NCBI GenBank assembly: GCA_964632485.1 | Contig: CAZWDO010000005.1 | Location: forward strand, 146,249-210,248 | DNA length: 64,000 bases | Direction: 5' to 3' | Source: an uncultured bacterium | Lineage (GTDB): Bacteria; JAGOEH01 | Shown: in pieces, positions 1 through 9,719 of the stretch | Position numbering within the stretch: the stretch's first letter is position 1 | How the letters are laid out: each line of letters begins with the position of its first letter | Position numbers and translations under genes: made by a program | The notes under the pieces: model-generated | The model's database searches: none | Seen by the model: only the letters and a program-made list of their open reading frames with translations | Told to the model about the DNA's origin: nothing

Positions 1-1
1 G

Positions 2-1054
2 CTCGTACATGGCGCGGGCAGCCGCCTGGATACGGCGCTCCCCCACTCGCAAAAAATCGATGGATACCGGGTAACCTCCAAGGAAGACATGTATATCATC
101 GATTATATATTCCAGGAGATTGCCAGCGAACTGGTAACGCAAATAGAACAGGCCGGCGGCCGGGCTCGCCATATGCCACCGCTCTTTACCTGTCGTCTGC
201 TTCCGCGACTGGAGATGGTCGGTGAAATACTGGAAGTCAATACAGAACCGATTCTGCAGGCATTACGCGACAACTGCACACCGATTATCAGCCCCATTGG
301 CCTCGTTGATGGGCAAAAGGTCAATATCAACGCGGATACGGCGGCTAAAGCCGTTGTCGCCGCCTTGAAAACCCGGAAATTTATCCTGCTGACCGAAAGC
401 GGCGGGATACTGGACCCTCATCAACGAATCATCCCTTCTATCAATCTTTCCTCTCCCGGAGATATTTCTTTTATCACCGGAGGGATGAAACTCAAACTAA
501 ATGAAATTGAATCCTTTCTCAAAGATCATTCTTATTGTGAAGTCGTTATTACCTCTCCGGAAAATCTTCTGAAGGAAATCTTCACGATCAAGGGCCACGG
601 TACATTCATTAAATATTTTCAGATTCACAAAACGGATCACTGGGAAGGGATTGACCTGGAAAAAGTACGCGACCTGCTGGAAACCTCATTTAGAAAAAAA
701 CTGGTAGAGGGATATTTCAATCGATTGGTGAAATCAATCTATTATCAGCAGGATTATGAAGGAATTGCAATTGTTTCAGATTTGGAAGGCTTGAACTATC
801 TTGATAAAATCGCCGTTTCGCAACTACGACAGGGAACGGGACTTGGAAAATCAATCTGGGAAAACATAGTGGCCGATTATCCGCAACTCATCTGGCGGGC
901 GGCTCTGAATAACCCCATCAATCCCTTTTATATGCAGCATTGCGATGGGATGGTTAAAGGCAAGGAGTGGATTGTTTATTGGAAAGAGTACGATTTCAAA
1001 GAGATCATTCCGGCCATGAAAATTGTCAGCGCCAAAGAACGAACCCTGATATAG
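2..1054 (+). CDS. argB: Acetylglutamate kinase fused to a C-terminal NAT (DUF619-like) domain; 5' end lies outside the window
   Basis: The frame is open from base 2 (LVHGAG...IDGYRVTS). NAGK motifs NINADTAA and ITGGMKLKL are followed by a GNAT-like C-terminus (YLDKIAV, QGTGLG, LIWRA, INPFY). It sits directly upstream of argC. Confidence 0.88.
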   Translation, partial: LVHGAGSRLDTALPHSQKIDGYRVTSKEDMYIIDYIFQEIASELVTQIEQAGGRARHMPPLFTCRLLPRLEMVGEILEVNTEPILQALRDNCTPIISPIGLVDGQKVNINADTAAKAVVAALKTRKFILLTESGGILDPHQRIIPSINLSSPGDISFITGGMKLKLNEIESFLKDHSYCEVVITSPENLLKEIFTIKGHGTFIKYFQIHKTDHWEGIDLEKVRDLLETSFRKKLVEGYFNRLVKSIYYQQDYEGIAIVSDLEGLNYLDKIAVSQLRQGTGLGKSIWENIVADYPQLIWRAALNNPINPFYMQHCDGMVKGKEWIVYWKEYDFKEIIPAMKIVSAKERTLI

Positions 1055-1062
1055 GAGCAGAT

Positions 1063-1959
1063 ATGTTACGTGTTGGAATCGTTGGAGCGGCAGGATATAC
1101 GGGACGGGAATTAATCCGTTGGCTAAGCCGACATCCTCGCGCGCGCATTGAACTGGTGACCAGTGAAAGTCAGGCCGGCAAGGCGGTGGGTGAGGTTTTT
1201 CCTGAGTTCGAATTTCTTAGAGAGATGGTATTTGCCAAGCCCGATATTGAAACTATCAACCACATGGACATGGTGTTTCTGGCCGTGCCACATGGCGCAG
1301 CCCAAGAGTGGGCGCCGAAAATTAGAATTCCAATCATCGACCTGAGTACGGATCATCGGCTCAGCCATCCCTATGGACTGCCCGAAATATATGGAGATCA
1401 ATTACGAGGAAAACCCCTGATTGCCAATCCCGGCTGTTATGCCACCTGTTCTATACTATCCGCCTGGCCCTTACGGGAGCGCATCCAGTATGCTGTATTC
1501 GATGCCATCAGCGGCTATTCCGGCGGAGGCCAAAACCATGGATATGATTATGACGAAAACCTGATCGCCTATAAACTGACCGACCACCGCCATATACCTG
1601 AAATGGAACAGCAGTTGGGTATCCCTTTCAGTTTTACGCCGCATGTCGCCAATCTGTTCCGTGGCATGATGGTAACAGCGCATCTCATGCTGAAGGAACC
1701 CATGTCCGTGGACCGGATACGCGCAATTTACGACCAGGCATATCTCGGCGCGCTAACCCGTGTGGTGGATCATATTCCTACGGCCAAAGAGGTTGCCAAT
1801 ACTCCTTTTTGCCTGATTGGCGGCTTTACCATCGATAAAAACGGAGTATTGTGTGTAGTCAGCGCGTTGGACAACCTGCTCAAGGGAGCTGTAACCCAGG
1901 CAATCGAAAACATGAACCGACAGCAGGGATTTCTCCCGACCGACGGTTTGATTGACTGA
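1063..1959 (+). CDS. argC: N-acetyl-gamma-glutamyl-phosphate reductase
   Basis: Motifs IVGAAGYTGREL, ANPGCYAT, SGYSGGG and DNLLKGA. An AGGAG RBS precedes the ATG at 1063. Confidence 0.95.
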   Translation: MLRVGIVGAAGYTGRELIRWLSRHPRARIELVTSESQAGKAVGEVFPEFEFLREMVFAKPDIETINHMDMVFLAVPHGAAQEWAPKIRIPIIDLSTDHRLSHPYGLPEIYGDQLRGKPLIANPGCYATCSILSAWPLRERIQYAVFDAISGYSGGGQNHGYDYDENLIAYKLTDHRHIPEMEQQLGIPFSFTPHVANLFRGMMVTAHLMLKEPMSVDRIRAIYDQAYLGALTRVVDHIPTAKEVANTPFCLIGGFTIDKNGVLCVVSALDNLLKGAVTQAIENMNRQQGFLPTDGLID

Positions 1960-2089
1960 AATTAACTCTTTGAGTTCACAAATTAAGCAGTGGCCTTCCG
2001 GTCGTTTTCTATCCAAAGCCGGAATGGCGGCAGCTATTGTAAAAACCTGCGCGCGCTTCAGATATATAATCCCGAGAGGAAGGAACTCC

Positions 2090-3280
2090 ATGAATACTAT
2101 CCAGATTGAATACCCCGACTATATACTGACGACTTACAACCGCTATCCATTGACACTGGTCAGGGGGGACGGCGCCTGGGTTTGGGACGACCAGGGACGT
2201 CAATACCTTGATCTATTGGCGGGGATAGCCGACAACTGCCTGGGACATGCCCACACGCGCTTCGTCGCGACAATTGAACACAAAGCGAAAGAAATGATTC
2301 ATATTTCCAATCTGTTTTACCACAAACAACCTTTGCAGTTGGCAAAGAAAATCGGCGCGCTCAGCTTTCGTGGACGAACTTTTTTCTGCAACAGCGGCGC
2401 CGAAGCCAATGAAGCGGCGCTTAAATTCTGCCGCTATTACGGTCATCAGATCGCCCCCGATAAAAAAACGATCATCACGCTCGAACGATCATTCCATGGC
2501 CGAACCCTGGGCGCGCTAAGCATGACCGGCCAAACAAAATACCAGGAGGGTTTCTCGCCTATCGTCCCGGGAATTGTCCACATCCCCGCCAATAACATTG
2601 AGGCCCTGGAACAAGCAATGTCGTCCCAGGTTTGCGGCATCATCCTCGAACCGGTTATTGCTGAGGGCGGAGTCTATCCACTCTCTCCGGAATTCGCGCG
2701 AAAAGCTCGGGAATTATGCGACCTGCACAAGGCTCTGCTGATTTTTGATGAAGTACAAACCGGTATCGGACGCACGGGAACCTATTTCGGCTACCAGCAT
2801 TTTAATGTGGAACCGGACGGAATAACACTGGCTAAAGCATTAGCCAACGGCTTGCCCATCGGAGCATTGCATGTAAGCGAAAAATGGCAGGACGTCTGGT
2901 CCCCTGGCAAACACGCCTCAACCTTTGGCGGCAATCTGCTAATCTCTGCTGTAGCTGAACAAGTGTTATCTCTTTTGGAAGAGGAACTGATTCCTCAGGT
3001 ACAGGAAATCGGCGACTATTTTAAAACCCGACTCCAAACGTTATCCCGGCTATATCCGGATATCATTCAGGAAATCCGGGGAATCGGTCTGATCCTGGCC
3101 GTACAATTTAAACTACCCGTTCCTGAAATTCATCGGCTCTTGCTCGATAATGGGTTTATAACCAATCTGATTGGCGATTCGATCCTGCGGCTAACCCCTC
3201 CGTTGATCATTAATAGAGAACAGATTGACATGTTTGTTGATTTTTTGAATGATTTTTGCGCTAAACAATTTTATAAATAG
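2090..3280 (+). CDS. argD: Acetylornithine aminotransferase (class III PLP)
   Basis: Motifs FCNSGAEANEAA, SFHGRTLG, FDEVQTGIGRTG, LAKALANG and HASTFGGN. The start is placed at ATG 2090 after a purine-rich RBS. Confidence 0.92.
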   Translation: MNTIQIEYPDYILTTYNRYPLTLVRGDGAWVWDDQGRQYLDLLAGIADNCLGHAHTRFVATIEHKAKEMIHISNLFYHKQPLQLAKKIGALSFRGRTFFCNSGAEANEAALKFCRYYGHQIAPDKKTIITLERSFHGRTLGALSMTGQTKYQEGFSPIVPGIVHIPANNIEALEQAMSSQVCGIILEPVIAEGGVYPLSPEFARKARELCDLHKALLIFDEVQTGIGRTGTYFGYQHFNVEPDGITLAKALANGLPIGALHVSEKWQDVWSPGKHASTFGGNLLISAVAEQVLSLLEEELIPQVQEIGDYFKTRLQTLSRLYPDIIQEIRGIGLILAVQFKLPVPEIHRLLLDNGFITNLIGDSILRLTPPLIINREQIDMFVDFLNDFCAKQFYK

Positions 3281-3454
3281 GTTGTTTTATAGCGGATTTT
3301 TCAGACACTAAAAGAAGGAATCGCGCAGGTAAATGGGATTTGGCGACTTTGCCACGCCATGAAGGGATAGAGTTGCCCGGTTACTTGCTACTCTGCTATT
3401 CATCGGCAGTAAAGTTAACGTTAAGACGGTTGACGTCTGAGCTTATTTGTCATT

Positions 3455-3500
3455 TTCCCCCTCACACTGACGGAATACCCCCTCAAGGGGGCGAGGGGAA
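3455..3500. repeat. REP-like nested palindrome between convergent genes
   Basis: Outer arms TTCCCCCTC and GAGGGGAA enclose an inner CCCCC-TCAA-GGGGG hairpin. Confidence 0.45.
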
Positions 3501-3557
3501 TAGATGAATCCTAGGATTAACGCTTCGCAACTGGTTTTCCTGTAAAAACTGCCGCTT

Positions 3558-4193
3558 TCAAGTAAAAAACAAATTTAACGTATGATAAGCGAAAAACAAG
3601 GTAATCAATAAAAGTATGCTCAGAAAAACCAAACGAATTCGCGTGTGAAAACGAGATAACTGAAAAACCCGGTGAGTATGGAAAGTCACAATGATCACCG
3701 ATCCATAAAGCAGGAGACTGCCCAGAGCTACAGCGCCCCAAACCGCCCAGGCAGCGGAAAGGGTTGTTTCAATACGCCAGCCATGCGCAGCGCCAATTCC
3801 CAAAAGGGTTAACCAGAAACCCAAACCCAGGGGGTTGGTGACGACCAGTAAAAGGCCAGAAAATAAGGCAATCCGTTTTCTGGTTGCTACTAATTGCCAT
3901 ACCCCTTTTTTTCCCTCATGATGTAAGGGAGTTCGCCATATTGCGAACAACAAAATGACCATGACTACTGTTGAAACACTCCAGAATAACAATTCCACCC
4001 AGCGAACAGTCAGCAGCGGAGAAACGCCGACAAAAGCGATCACCGGCCAGATTCCATCGCCAATAGCCGCTCCGATCGAGAAAAACAGGGCATTCCAGAT
4101 TTGATGATTCATGGTCCGCCGGATTATCTCAAGGTTAACCGGTCCCCAGGGCATGGACATAAAAAAACTGATTACGACAAGTATGCTAAACAA
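3558..4193 (-). CDS. LysE/RhtB family amino-acid exporter
   Basis: About 210 aa and hydrophobic, with PWGPVN near the N-terminus, GAAIGD, and GLLLVVTNP. Confidence 0.85.
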   Translation of the reverse strand: MFSILVVISFFMSMPWGPVNLEIIRRTMNHQIWNALFFSIGAAIGDGIWPVIAFVGVSPLLTVRWVELLFWSVSTVVMVILLFAIWRTPLHHEGKKGVWQLVATRKRIALFSGLLLVVTNPLGLGFWLTLLGIGAAHGWRIETTLSAAWAVWGAVALGSLLLYGSVIIVTFHTHRVFQLSRFHTRIRLVFLSILLLITLFFAYHTLNLFFT

Positions 4194-4446
4194 AAAGAAC
4201 GACAGGATTACACTCCTTTTTTTTCAGTTTAAGCCATTTTGTATATATTACAAAAAAAGCAATTTGTCAAGGAATAAAAAAATAGTCCAAAATCGCAACT
4301 AACAGACCGTAATAAAATCAATTTATATATAACACAAACTATCACAACGCACGATGGTCAAACATAACGTTTTAATTCAATGACCTTCACAAAACGCTTA
4401 CGCAGCCAGCCATCCGGAAATTTCTATAAACCCCATGCGATAATAA

Positions 4447-5244
4447 TCAATCGGCTAAAACTAAACGCACCTTCCAATCCAACGAAATCGGATCCCTTGA
4501 GAATCGTTGGGTACGGTTTCCGTCACCCTGGCGACGGGGCGGCATACCACCGGGACTCATCCCGCTTCCTCGCGGAAAATCTCCGCCATCGGTTGGCCGG
4601 TTACCCCGGAGATGGTCTTCTCTGTTAAATGACATTTCGGGGATTTCCCAGTCCAATGTTAAGGCATGGCCCTGTTGAAAATCAAGTGAATCTCCGTTGC
4701 CTGTAGGGCAACCAAACGGTATTCGTATCTCCATTACCAACTGATTTTGCCGGAACCCTATAGAGGCCAACACGTCTTTAACATCGCCCCCACTGGGTTG
4801 AATCACCCTTATCGGCTGCTTTTCCGAATCAATAATTCTGATTTCCACCAGTTTTTGTCCGATAATTGCAGACAAATCGTCTTCTGAGTTCCTGAATGAA
4901 CCCATGATTTCCCGCCATTGCCAATTTTCCATCAAGGGAGGAAAATAGATTCCGATTTTCTGCTTTTGATCGGTTTTTACCCATAATGTCGCTCCTGAAA
5001 TAAGAAGACGGATATATCTCCGATCCGGCGACTGAATCAATAAATAAAAAGCATGGCTATCGACAGCGTGTGATAAACTGATTTGTTCTTCTTCGATCCA
5101 ATTGACCGTTGAGTTCCAATCGGAGGCATCACCATCAATCACAATCGATTTTGACAAAATATCAGTTTTAAACTCCTGATTTTTACACATAATTGCCAAT
5201 AAACCAAGTAGCAAAAAGAATAAGGTAATGAACACTTTACTCAT
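4447..5244 (-). CDS. Hypothetical exported protein / probable lipoprotein
   Basis: A hydrophobic signal ends at Cys (LLAIMC). It has IDGDASDW near the N-terminus and a Gly/Pro-rich low-complexity C-terminal stretch. RBS AGGAG. Confidence 0.65.
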   Translation of the reverse strand: MSKVFITLFFLLLGLLAIMCKNQEFKTDILSKSIVIDGDASDWNSTVNWIEEEQISLSHAVDSHAFYLLIQSPDRRYIRLLISGATLWVKTDQKQKIGIYFPPLMENWQWREIMGSFRNSEDDLSAIIGQKLVEIRIIDSEKQPIRVIQPSGGDVKDVLASIGFRQNQLVMEIRIPFGCPTGNGDSLDFQQGHALTLDWEIPEMSFNREDHLRGNRPTDGGDFPRGSGMSPGGMPPRRQGDGNRTQRFSRDPISLDWKVRLVLAD

Positions 5245-5411
5245 CAGGGAAAACTCCTTTTCCGGTTTAGAACTTTCATTTCTGTTCAGTTATAGTGGCC
5301 GACTCACAAAATAAGCAGTTCCCCATGGAATCAACCCATTAAGCATTAGACTCAATAATGGCGGTTTTGTTTATTAAATTTCACTATAAATTCTAACGAG
5401 TATTTTTTTAC

Positions 5412-5440
5412 TTGACATCATCCTATTTTATGGTTATGAT
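5412..5440 (+). promoter_or_regulatory. Sigma70-type promoter for the namZ-like gene
   Basis: TTGACA-N17-TATGAT. Confidence 0.75.
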
Positions 5441-5542
5441 AAAAAACGAAAAACAGGAATCGATGGCCCGAATCAGTTCAGGCCCACGGGAAACGCGATT
5501 AAGCGGCCTTGCGACAAAAAAACGGTAAAGGAGTTAGCAATT

Positions 5543-7171
5543 ATGAAAAAAAACTTTGCATCGCTCTTCATTCTTTTCATCTGGATTTGCGTGAGTTATA
5601 GTCAACCGGGTGGCGCTGTATTTACCGGCATCGACGTTCTGCAACAGGATCAATTTAGTCCGTTGAAAGGTAAGCGGATCGGCTTGATCACCAATCATAC
5701 GGGGATTAACCGAGACGGCCAGGCGACCATTGATCTACTTTTCAATGCCCCGGAGATCAAATTAGTGCGCTTATTTTCGCCGGAACACGGGTTGCGTGGA
5801 ATCATGGATGAAAAAGTAAGCGATGAAACGGATCCGAAAACAAAACTGCCCGTCATATCCCTTTATGGAGATCAGCGCAAGCCCTCCAGTGAAAGTATAA
5901 CCGATTTGGATGCATTGGTATTTGACATTCAGGATATTGGGTGCCGATTCTATACTTATATAGCAACCATGGCCTATGCGATGGAGGCCGCTTCTGAAGC
6001 AGGTTTGGAATTTTACGTACTGGACCGGCCCAATCCGATCGATGGCAATCATGTTAGCGGATTCATCCCTCCTGATTCTCTGACTGGCCGTTTTACATCG
6101 ATATGGACGATTCCGACGCGGCATGGCATGACAGTTGGGGAACTGGCCCGATTTTTCAACATCGAGATGAAGATCAACGCAAAACTAACCGTCATCGCCA
6201 TGAAAAACTGGTCCCGCGGAATGTATTGGGAATCCACTGGATTGCCCTGGATCAACCCATCCCCGAACATGAAAAGCATGACCGGCGCCTTAACCTATCC
6301 CGGACTGGGATGGCTGGAAACAACGTCTCTATCTATGGGGCGCGGAACAGATATTCCCTTTGAAATCTTCGGCGCGCCCTATATCAATGCCGATCAGTTA
6401 GTACGGGAACTCCAATCGATCCCTCTGGCCGGAGGGCGCGTCATCCCCGTCAAATTCATTCCTTCCTCAGCGCCACATAAATTTTACCAGCAAACCTGTC
6501 AGGGTATCCGCATTATTATTTATGATCAATCCAAATTCGATGCCTTTGAATTCGGGTTGAAGCTGGCCGCTACGCTCAAACGCCTCTATCCTGAGGAATT
6601 TAAAAGTCTGACCGCAACTCCCATCAGTCTGGGCAATGCGATCGACTTGGCAAAGCTGAACCGTCCCGGAATAATCGATTCGCTAATAAAAGCGAACCGG
6701 ATCGGCCTGGCCGCATTTGAAGCCAATCGATCTCAATATCTGCTCTATCCGTGTATGGAAGATAAACGACAACTCATCAGCCTGGAAGAGCTTATGTCCG
6801 CGCTTAAAACCGGAGAAGAGGTCCGGGCAGTGATCCGTTATGCAAAATGCCGTTTGATCATCGACGGTGATACGGTTCAGGCGCCGGATGCCATTGGCGG
6901 GATGAAGTTGGAGACCTGGGAATATTTTGCGCCCAATTCGGTACGAAACCCACTCGCTTTTATAAGTTGTTCTGAAACTGTACTGATTAGCCATCCGCGC
7001 TATGGGTATGTTTTAAATTATGTCAAACTTAAAATTTTCGAAAACAATACAGTGGAAATCACTGCACGATACTTAGACCCCAGGAAACATAAAGTCAAAA
7101 TGGACGAGACATTCAAAACAACCATTAATGACGGCATCAATGATGGCGGATTTTATCTCTATCCGCGATGA
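5543..7171 (+). CDS. namZ: Exo-beta-N-acetylmuramidase NamZ/YbbC (DUF1343) with a C-terminal VirK-like domain
   Basis: Signal peptide plus motifs GLITNHTG, FSPEHGLRG, FDIQDIGCRFYTY, LDRPNP, RHGMTVGELA and PSPNM. About 135 extra C-terminal residues resemble VirK. Confidence 0.85.
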   Translation: MKKNFASLFILFIWICVSYSQPGGAVFTGIDVLQQDQFSPLKGKRIGLITNHTGINRDGQATIDLLFNAPEIKLVRLFSPEHGLRGIMDEKVSDETDPKTKLPVISLYGDQRKPSSESITDLDALVFDIQDIGCRFYTYIATMAYAMEAASEAGLEFYVLDRPNPIDGNHVSGFIPPDSLTGRFTSIWTIPTRHGMTVGELARFFNIEMKINAKLTVIAMKNWSRGMYWESTGLPWINPSPNMKSMTGALTYPGLGWLETTSLSMGRGTDIPFEIFGAPYINADQLVRELQSIPLAGGRVIPVKFIPSSAPHKFYQQTCQGIRIIIYDQSKFDAFEFGLKLAATLKRLYPEEFKSLTATPISLGNAIDLAKLNRPGIIDSLIKANRIGLAAFEANRSQYLLYPCMEDKRQLISLEELMSALKTGEEVRAVIRYAKCRLIIDGDTVQAPDAIGGMKLETWEYFAPNSVRNPLAFISCSETVLISHPRYGYVLNYVKLKIFENNTVEITARYLDPRKHKVKMDETFKTTINDGINDGGFYLYPR

Positions 7172-8399
7172 TCTAATCGTCGTGGGGGCGGGTCCCGCCG
7201 GCTTAATGGCAGCTTTACTTTGCGCCGAAGCCGGATTGAGAATCCGTATCCTGGAAAAGACGGCAAAACCCGGCCGTAAGCTGATGTTGACCGGTTCCGG
7301 CCAGTGCAATCTCACCCATGATGGCGCTATTCGCGAGTTTCTACCTCATTATGCTGAACACTCAAATTTTATTAAGCGCGCGCTATTGGGATTTACTAAC
7401 CAGGATCTAATGGACTTTTTCACTTCGCGCGGGATTCCGTTAATAACCCGCAAAGACGGAAAAATCTTCCCCGCTGGATTGCAAGCCGGAATGATTCTGA
7501 ATACCCTATTGAACAGGATACGCGCCGCCGGGGGAATTCTGGAATGCAATTCCGCGGTTACCCGAATAGATGTCGATAGCGCTGGTTTTTATATCGAAAC
7601 CGGTAAAAAAAAATTTCAAGCTCAACGCGTCTTGATGGCGTGTGGCGGATTATCGTATCCACAGACCGGGAGCGATGGCACGGGATGGAAAATAGCGCGC
7701 GAGCTGGGCCATTGCCTGATCGAACCGAGACCAGCGCTAACCCCTGTTTACCCCTACCACTTTACGTGGTCCCATCTGGCCGGTCTCAGTTTCAATTCCA
7801 GCATTGTCTCGTTTGGCATGGATAAAAAACTGAAAAAACAATTTAGTGGAGAACTCCTGATAACTCATAAGGGTTTTTCAGGTCCGGTGATCCTGCATAG
7901 CTCCCGCTATCTGGCTCAAGGACATGAAATCAGTATCAACTTCACGGGTATTCCAGCCGATCAATATAATGCCCAGCTACTCAACCAATTCCGATCGCAT
8001 CCCACCCGCAACCTGGAAAATGCCTTGAGCTCGGGGGAACTTACACGAAAATTTGTCGCAACCCTGTTGGAAGAATTGGGGATCGACGGAACCGTAAATT
8101 GCGCCCAAGTGACACAAAACCAACGAAAAAATTGGGTAAACACGATAACGAATTACCGATGCGTTGTGGAGAAGATCGGAGGTTTCGAGGTTGCCATGGT
8201 TACTGCCGGCGGTGTTTCTACGGATGAGATCAATCCGAAAACATTGGAATCGCGGCAGATTAACAGCCTCTACTTTGCCGGTGAAATGATCAATATTGAT
8301 GGCGATACCGGCGGGTTTAACCTTCAGGCGGCTTTCTCGACTGCCGTGGCCGCTGCCCGCTCCATCATAGCGTCATTTTCCACTGAACCTATACAATGA
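7128..8399 (+). CDS. HI0933/YhiN (BaiN) family FAD-dependent oxidoreductase
   Basis: Motifs VGAGPAGLMAA, GRKLMLTGSGQCNLT, GGLSYPQTGSDG, GELLITHKGFSGP and GDTGGFNLQAAFS. The true start may be 7140 or 7143. Confidence 0.92.
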   Translation: MTASMMADFISIRDDLIVVGAGPAGLMAALLCAEAGLRIRILEKTAKPGRKLMLTGSGQCNLTHDGAIREFLPHYAEHSNFIKRALLGFTNQDLMDFFTSRGIPLITRKDGKIFPAGLQAGMILNTLLNRIRAAGGILECNSAVTRIDVDSAGFYIETGKKKFQAQRVLMACGGLSYPQTGSDGTGWKIARELGHCLIEPRPALTPVYPYHFTWSHLAGLSFNSSIVSFGMDKKLKKQFSGELLITHKGFSGPVILHSSRYLAQGHEISINFTGIPADQYNAQLLNQFRSHPTRNLENALSSGELTRKFVATLLEELGIDGTVNCAQVTQNQRKNWVNTITNYRCVVEKIGGFEVAMVTAGGVSTDEINPKTLESRQINSLYFAGEMINIDGDTGGFNLQAAFSTAVAAARSIIASFSTEPIQ

Positions 8400-8520
8400 T
8401 TAAATGAAAAACTCTTTATGCAAGATACTTAAAGAGCTATTTTTTTCTTGATTTTTTTGATTTTTTATTTATCTTAATAATAGGATTGGTTGTAAATCTT
8501 AAATTAACTGACGGGCTAAA

Positions 8521-8728
8521 ATGTTGACAAATCATAGAATGGAATATTTTTTTTGCAGGTCATTGGAATTTTGCAGGAGCCAGACAGGATAATCATATTG
8601 CAATGTTTCCAGAAGAATTACCGCGAAGATTAATAAAAATGTTTTCTTTTGTTAATGATATGGTTTTAGACCCGTTTTTAGGAAGCGGAACGACCACATT
8701 GGCTGCTAAAAACTTGAAGAGGAATCAC
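8521..8728 (+). pseudogene. Fragment of an N4/N6 DNA methyltransferase
   Basis: The frame from 8537 reads EWNIFFAGHWNFAGARQDNHIAMFPEELPRRLIKMFS...VLDPFLGSGTT (motif I). The catalytic xPPY motif IV region is absent. A MLTNHR start stub lies in another frame at 8521. Confidence 0.8.
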
Positions 8729-8875
8729 ATGCCCAAAATTCAAAAGTACTCAATAGAATTCGGTAAAAAGGAAAAAGTTCTCAACTATACTTGCCAGACT
8801 TACCATTTGTCACGTCCGAATAAAGTCGGCTCTGTAATGGCTATTATCCGCGACAATTGTGAGGAGATAAAATGA
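8729..8875 (+). pseudogene. N-terminal fragment resembling an MjaI-family restriction endonuclease
   Basis: KYSIEFGKKEKVLNYTCQTYHLSRPNKVGSVMAIIR resembles MjaI-family N-termini as I recall them. It stops after about 48 codons. Confidence 0.55.
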
Positions 8876-9399
8876 AAATCCTGATTATCATCGATATGCT
8901 CAATGGATTTTGCCGAAAAGGATTTCCGCTGTCATTGCCTTTTGAAACGGAATCCATTGAAAAATATATTGAAGAGCGAATTAAACAAACTATTGCAACC
9001 GGTGGAAAAGTAATCTTTCTATGTGATTCTCATAAATTGGATGATCCTGAAATAAATGATCCATTTCCGCCCCATTGCATGAAGGATACTCCAGAAGCCG
9101 ATATTGTAGAGCCGTTAATAAAATATGTCAGAGGTTCTACAGTATTGAGCAAAAATACATTGAGTATATTATATGGAACAGGGCTTGAAGAGCTTTTAAA
9201 AGAATTGAATCCTGAAGAAATTGAAATTTCGGGCGTTTGTACGGATGTGGCTGTTTTGTTCGCTGTTTATGAATTAAAAATCAGGGGATACAAAGTGATG
9301 GTGAATAAAAATGGAGCCCTGCCTTTAGAGTTCGATAACCAGGATTTTTTTCTTGGTTATTTTGAAAAAATTCTTGGAGTGAACGTGATCAGAGAATAG
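8872..9399 (+). CDS. Cysteine hydrolase / isochorismatase (nicotinamidase-like) family
   Basis: Motifs LIIIDMLNGF, DSH, FPPHC, K and GVCTDVAV. The usual nucleophile position after TDV reads A rather than C. Confidence 0.85.
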   Translation: MKILIIIDMLNGFCRKGFPLSLPFETESIEKYIEERIKQTIATGGKVIFLCDSHKLDDPEINDPFPPHCMKDTPEADIVEPLIKYVRGSTVLSKNTLSILYGTGLEELLKELNPEEIEISGVCTDVAVLFAVYELKIRGYKVMVNKNGALPLEFDNQDFFLGYFEKILGVNVIRE

Positions 9400-9543
9400 T
9401 GTTTTTCTTATTGATAAATATATTGATCTACTCAAAAAATCAAGATAAAAAATTTATTTAGTCTTAACGATTGATCCTTGTATTGGTTCGGTGGGGAAAA
9501 AATGATCTCTCCGGGAAGGTATCTATTTTATAAAATTTTTCTC

Positions 9544-9572
9544 TTGACAAATATAGAATTCAAAATTATATT
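9544..9572 (+). promoter_or_regulatory. Sigma70-type promoter
   Basis: TTGACA-N17-TATATT. Confidence 0.65.
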
Positions 9573-9719
9573 TGTATTTAATTGGAATCATTCGATATCC
9601 CAAATTGCAGCGCTCTGGAATAGTTAGCTGGAATATTCCACAAGTTGAAAACTCCAGTTTTCATACAATGCCGCAATCGAAGGGTATCAGAAAAATATCA
9701 CTTATAAAAAGGAGTGGCT

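Noticed and set aside
5455..5520. c-di-AMP (ydaO) or fluoride riboswitch in the namZ leader
   Set aside because: Only a loose CCGAATC...ACGGGAAAC resemblance. The leader is too short and the conserved downstream elements are absent.
8441..9452. Imperfect inverted repeats (TCTTGATTTTTT..GA) flanking the AT-rich block, considered as transposon ends
   Set aside because: The sequence is low-complexity and promoter-like, and there is no transposase or target duplication.
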